NCBI RefSeq assembly: GCF_009834535.1
Contig: NC_045696.1
Span: forward strand, 86,554,001 to 86,618,000
Reading direction: 5' to 3'
Length of the DNA stretch: 64,000 nucleotides
Source of the DNA: Camelus ferus
Lineage: Eukaryota
Shown here: in pieces, positions 63,700 through 64,000 of the stretch
Layout: every line of letters starts with the position of its first letter
Position numbering within the stretch: position 1 is the first letter of the stretch
Translations under genes and position numbers: made by a program
The notes under the pieces: model-generated
Databases searched by the model: none
Seen by the model: the letters and a program-made list of their open reading frames with translations, nothing else
What the model was told of the DNA's origin: nothing

Positions 63700-64000
63700 G
63701 CCTATTGACATGCATGCACAAGAACCCGTGAAACAACCACAGGTTAGGCACAGAATATTTCTAACACCACAGAATGCTCTTTTTTTGCACCTTCCTAGTT
63801 AATTCTTCCCCAGAACTTACCACTATTATAATTTTGATTACCATCAACTGCTAAAACCTATTTTTGATGTGATAAAATGGGACTGTACCATTTACTACAT
63901 ACTAATTTGTATCTGACTTCTTTTGCTCAACACAATTTGTATGAGATTCATTCATGCTGTTGTTCACAGTAGTAGTTTTTTAATCTGTTTTTTATAAATT
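63700..64000 (-). mobile_element. Old L1M (L1ME/MB-like) 3' UTR, running off the window end
   Basis: cagaatatttctaacaccacagaa...tgtatctgacttcttttgctcaacacaatttgtatgagattcattcatgctgttg. Confidence 0.75.

Noticed and set aside
1..64000. CRISPR arrays, tRNA/rRNA genes, operons or prokaryotic defence systems
   Set aside because: The sequence is mammalian and none were seen; the reverse transcriptase and integrase motifs belong to L1 and the ERV

Overview
AT-rich placental-mammal genomic DNA made up mostly of transposable elements, with no host gene I can recognise. It is probably a laurasiatherian and I suspect a camelid, inferred from the L1 3' UTR style and the lack of recognisable Alu, B1/B2, Bov-tA, PRE-1 or CanSINE copies. 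The window opens with a young, near full-length L1 (1-5949). Its ORF1 is intact, it has a 404-nt inter-ORF spacer, and its ORF2 is broken only by three single-base indels. Also present: a twin-primed 5'-inverted L1 with target-site duplication (TSD) at 19446-21647; three solo LTRs with exact TSDs and a fourth without; MaLR/ERVL LTRs; a decayed Tigger1; MER58; and many old L1M/HAL1/L2/MIR fragments. The most informative region is a four-layer nest at 43730-52090: an old L1 contains an ORF2-less 'half-L1', which contains a young L1 3' end, which contains a gamma-type (HERV-H/F-like) provirus remnant. That provirus lacks its 5' LTR, gag and most of pol yet keeps an apparent TSD. It has two small candidate accessory ORFs between pol and env, and a second env-like membrane anchor downstream of env. 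I found no convincing new host system; the ERV pol-env interval and the L1 spacer are the best leads. Repeat family names come from recalled consensus motifs, not from database searches.
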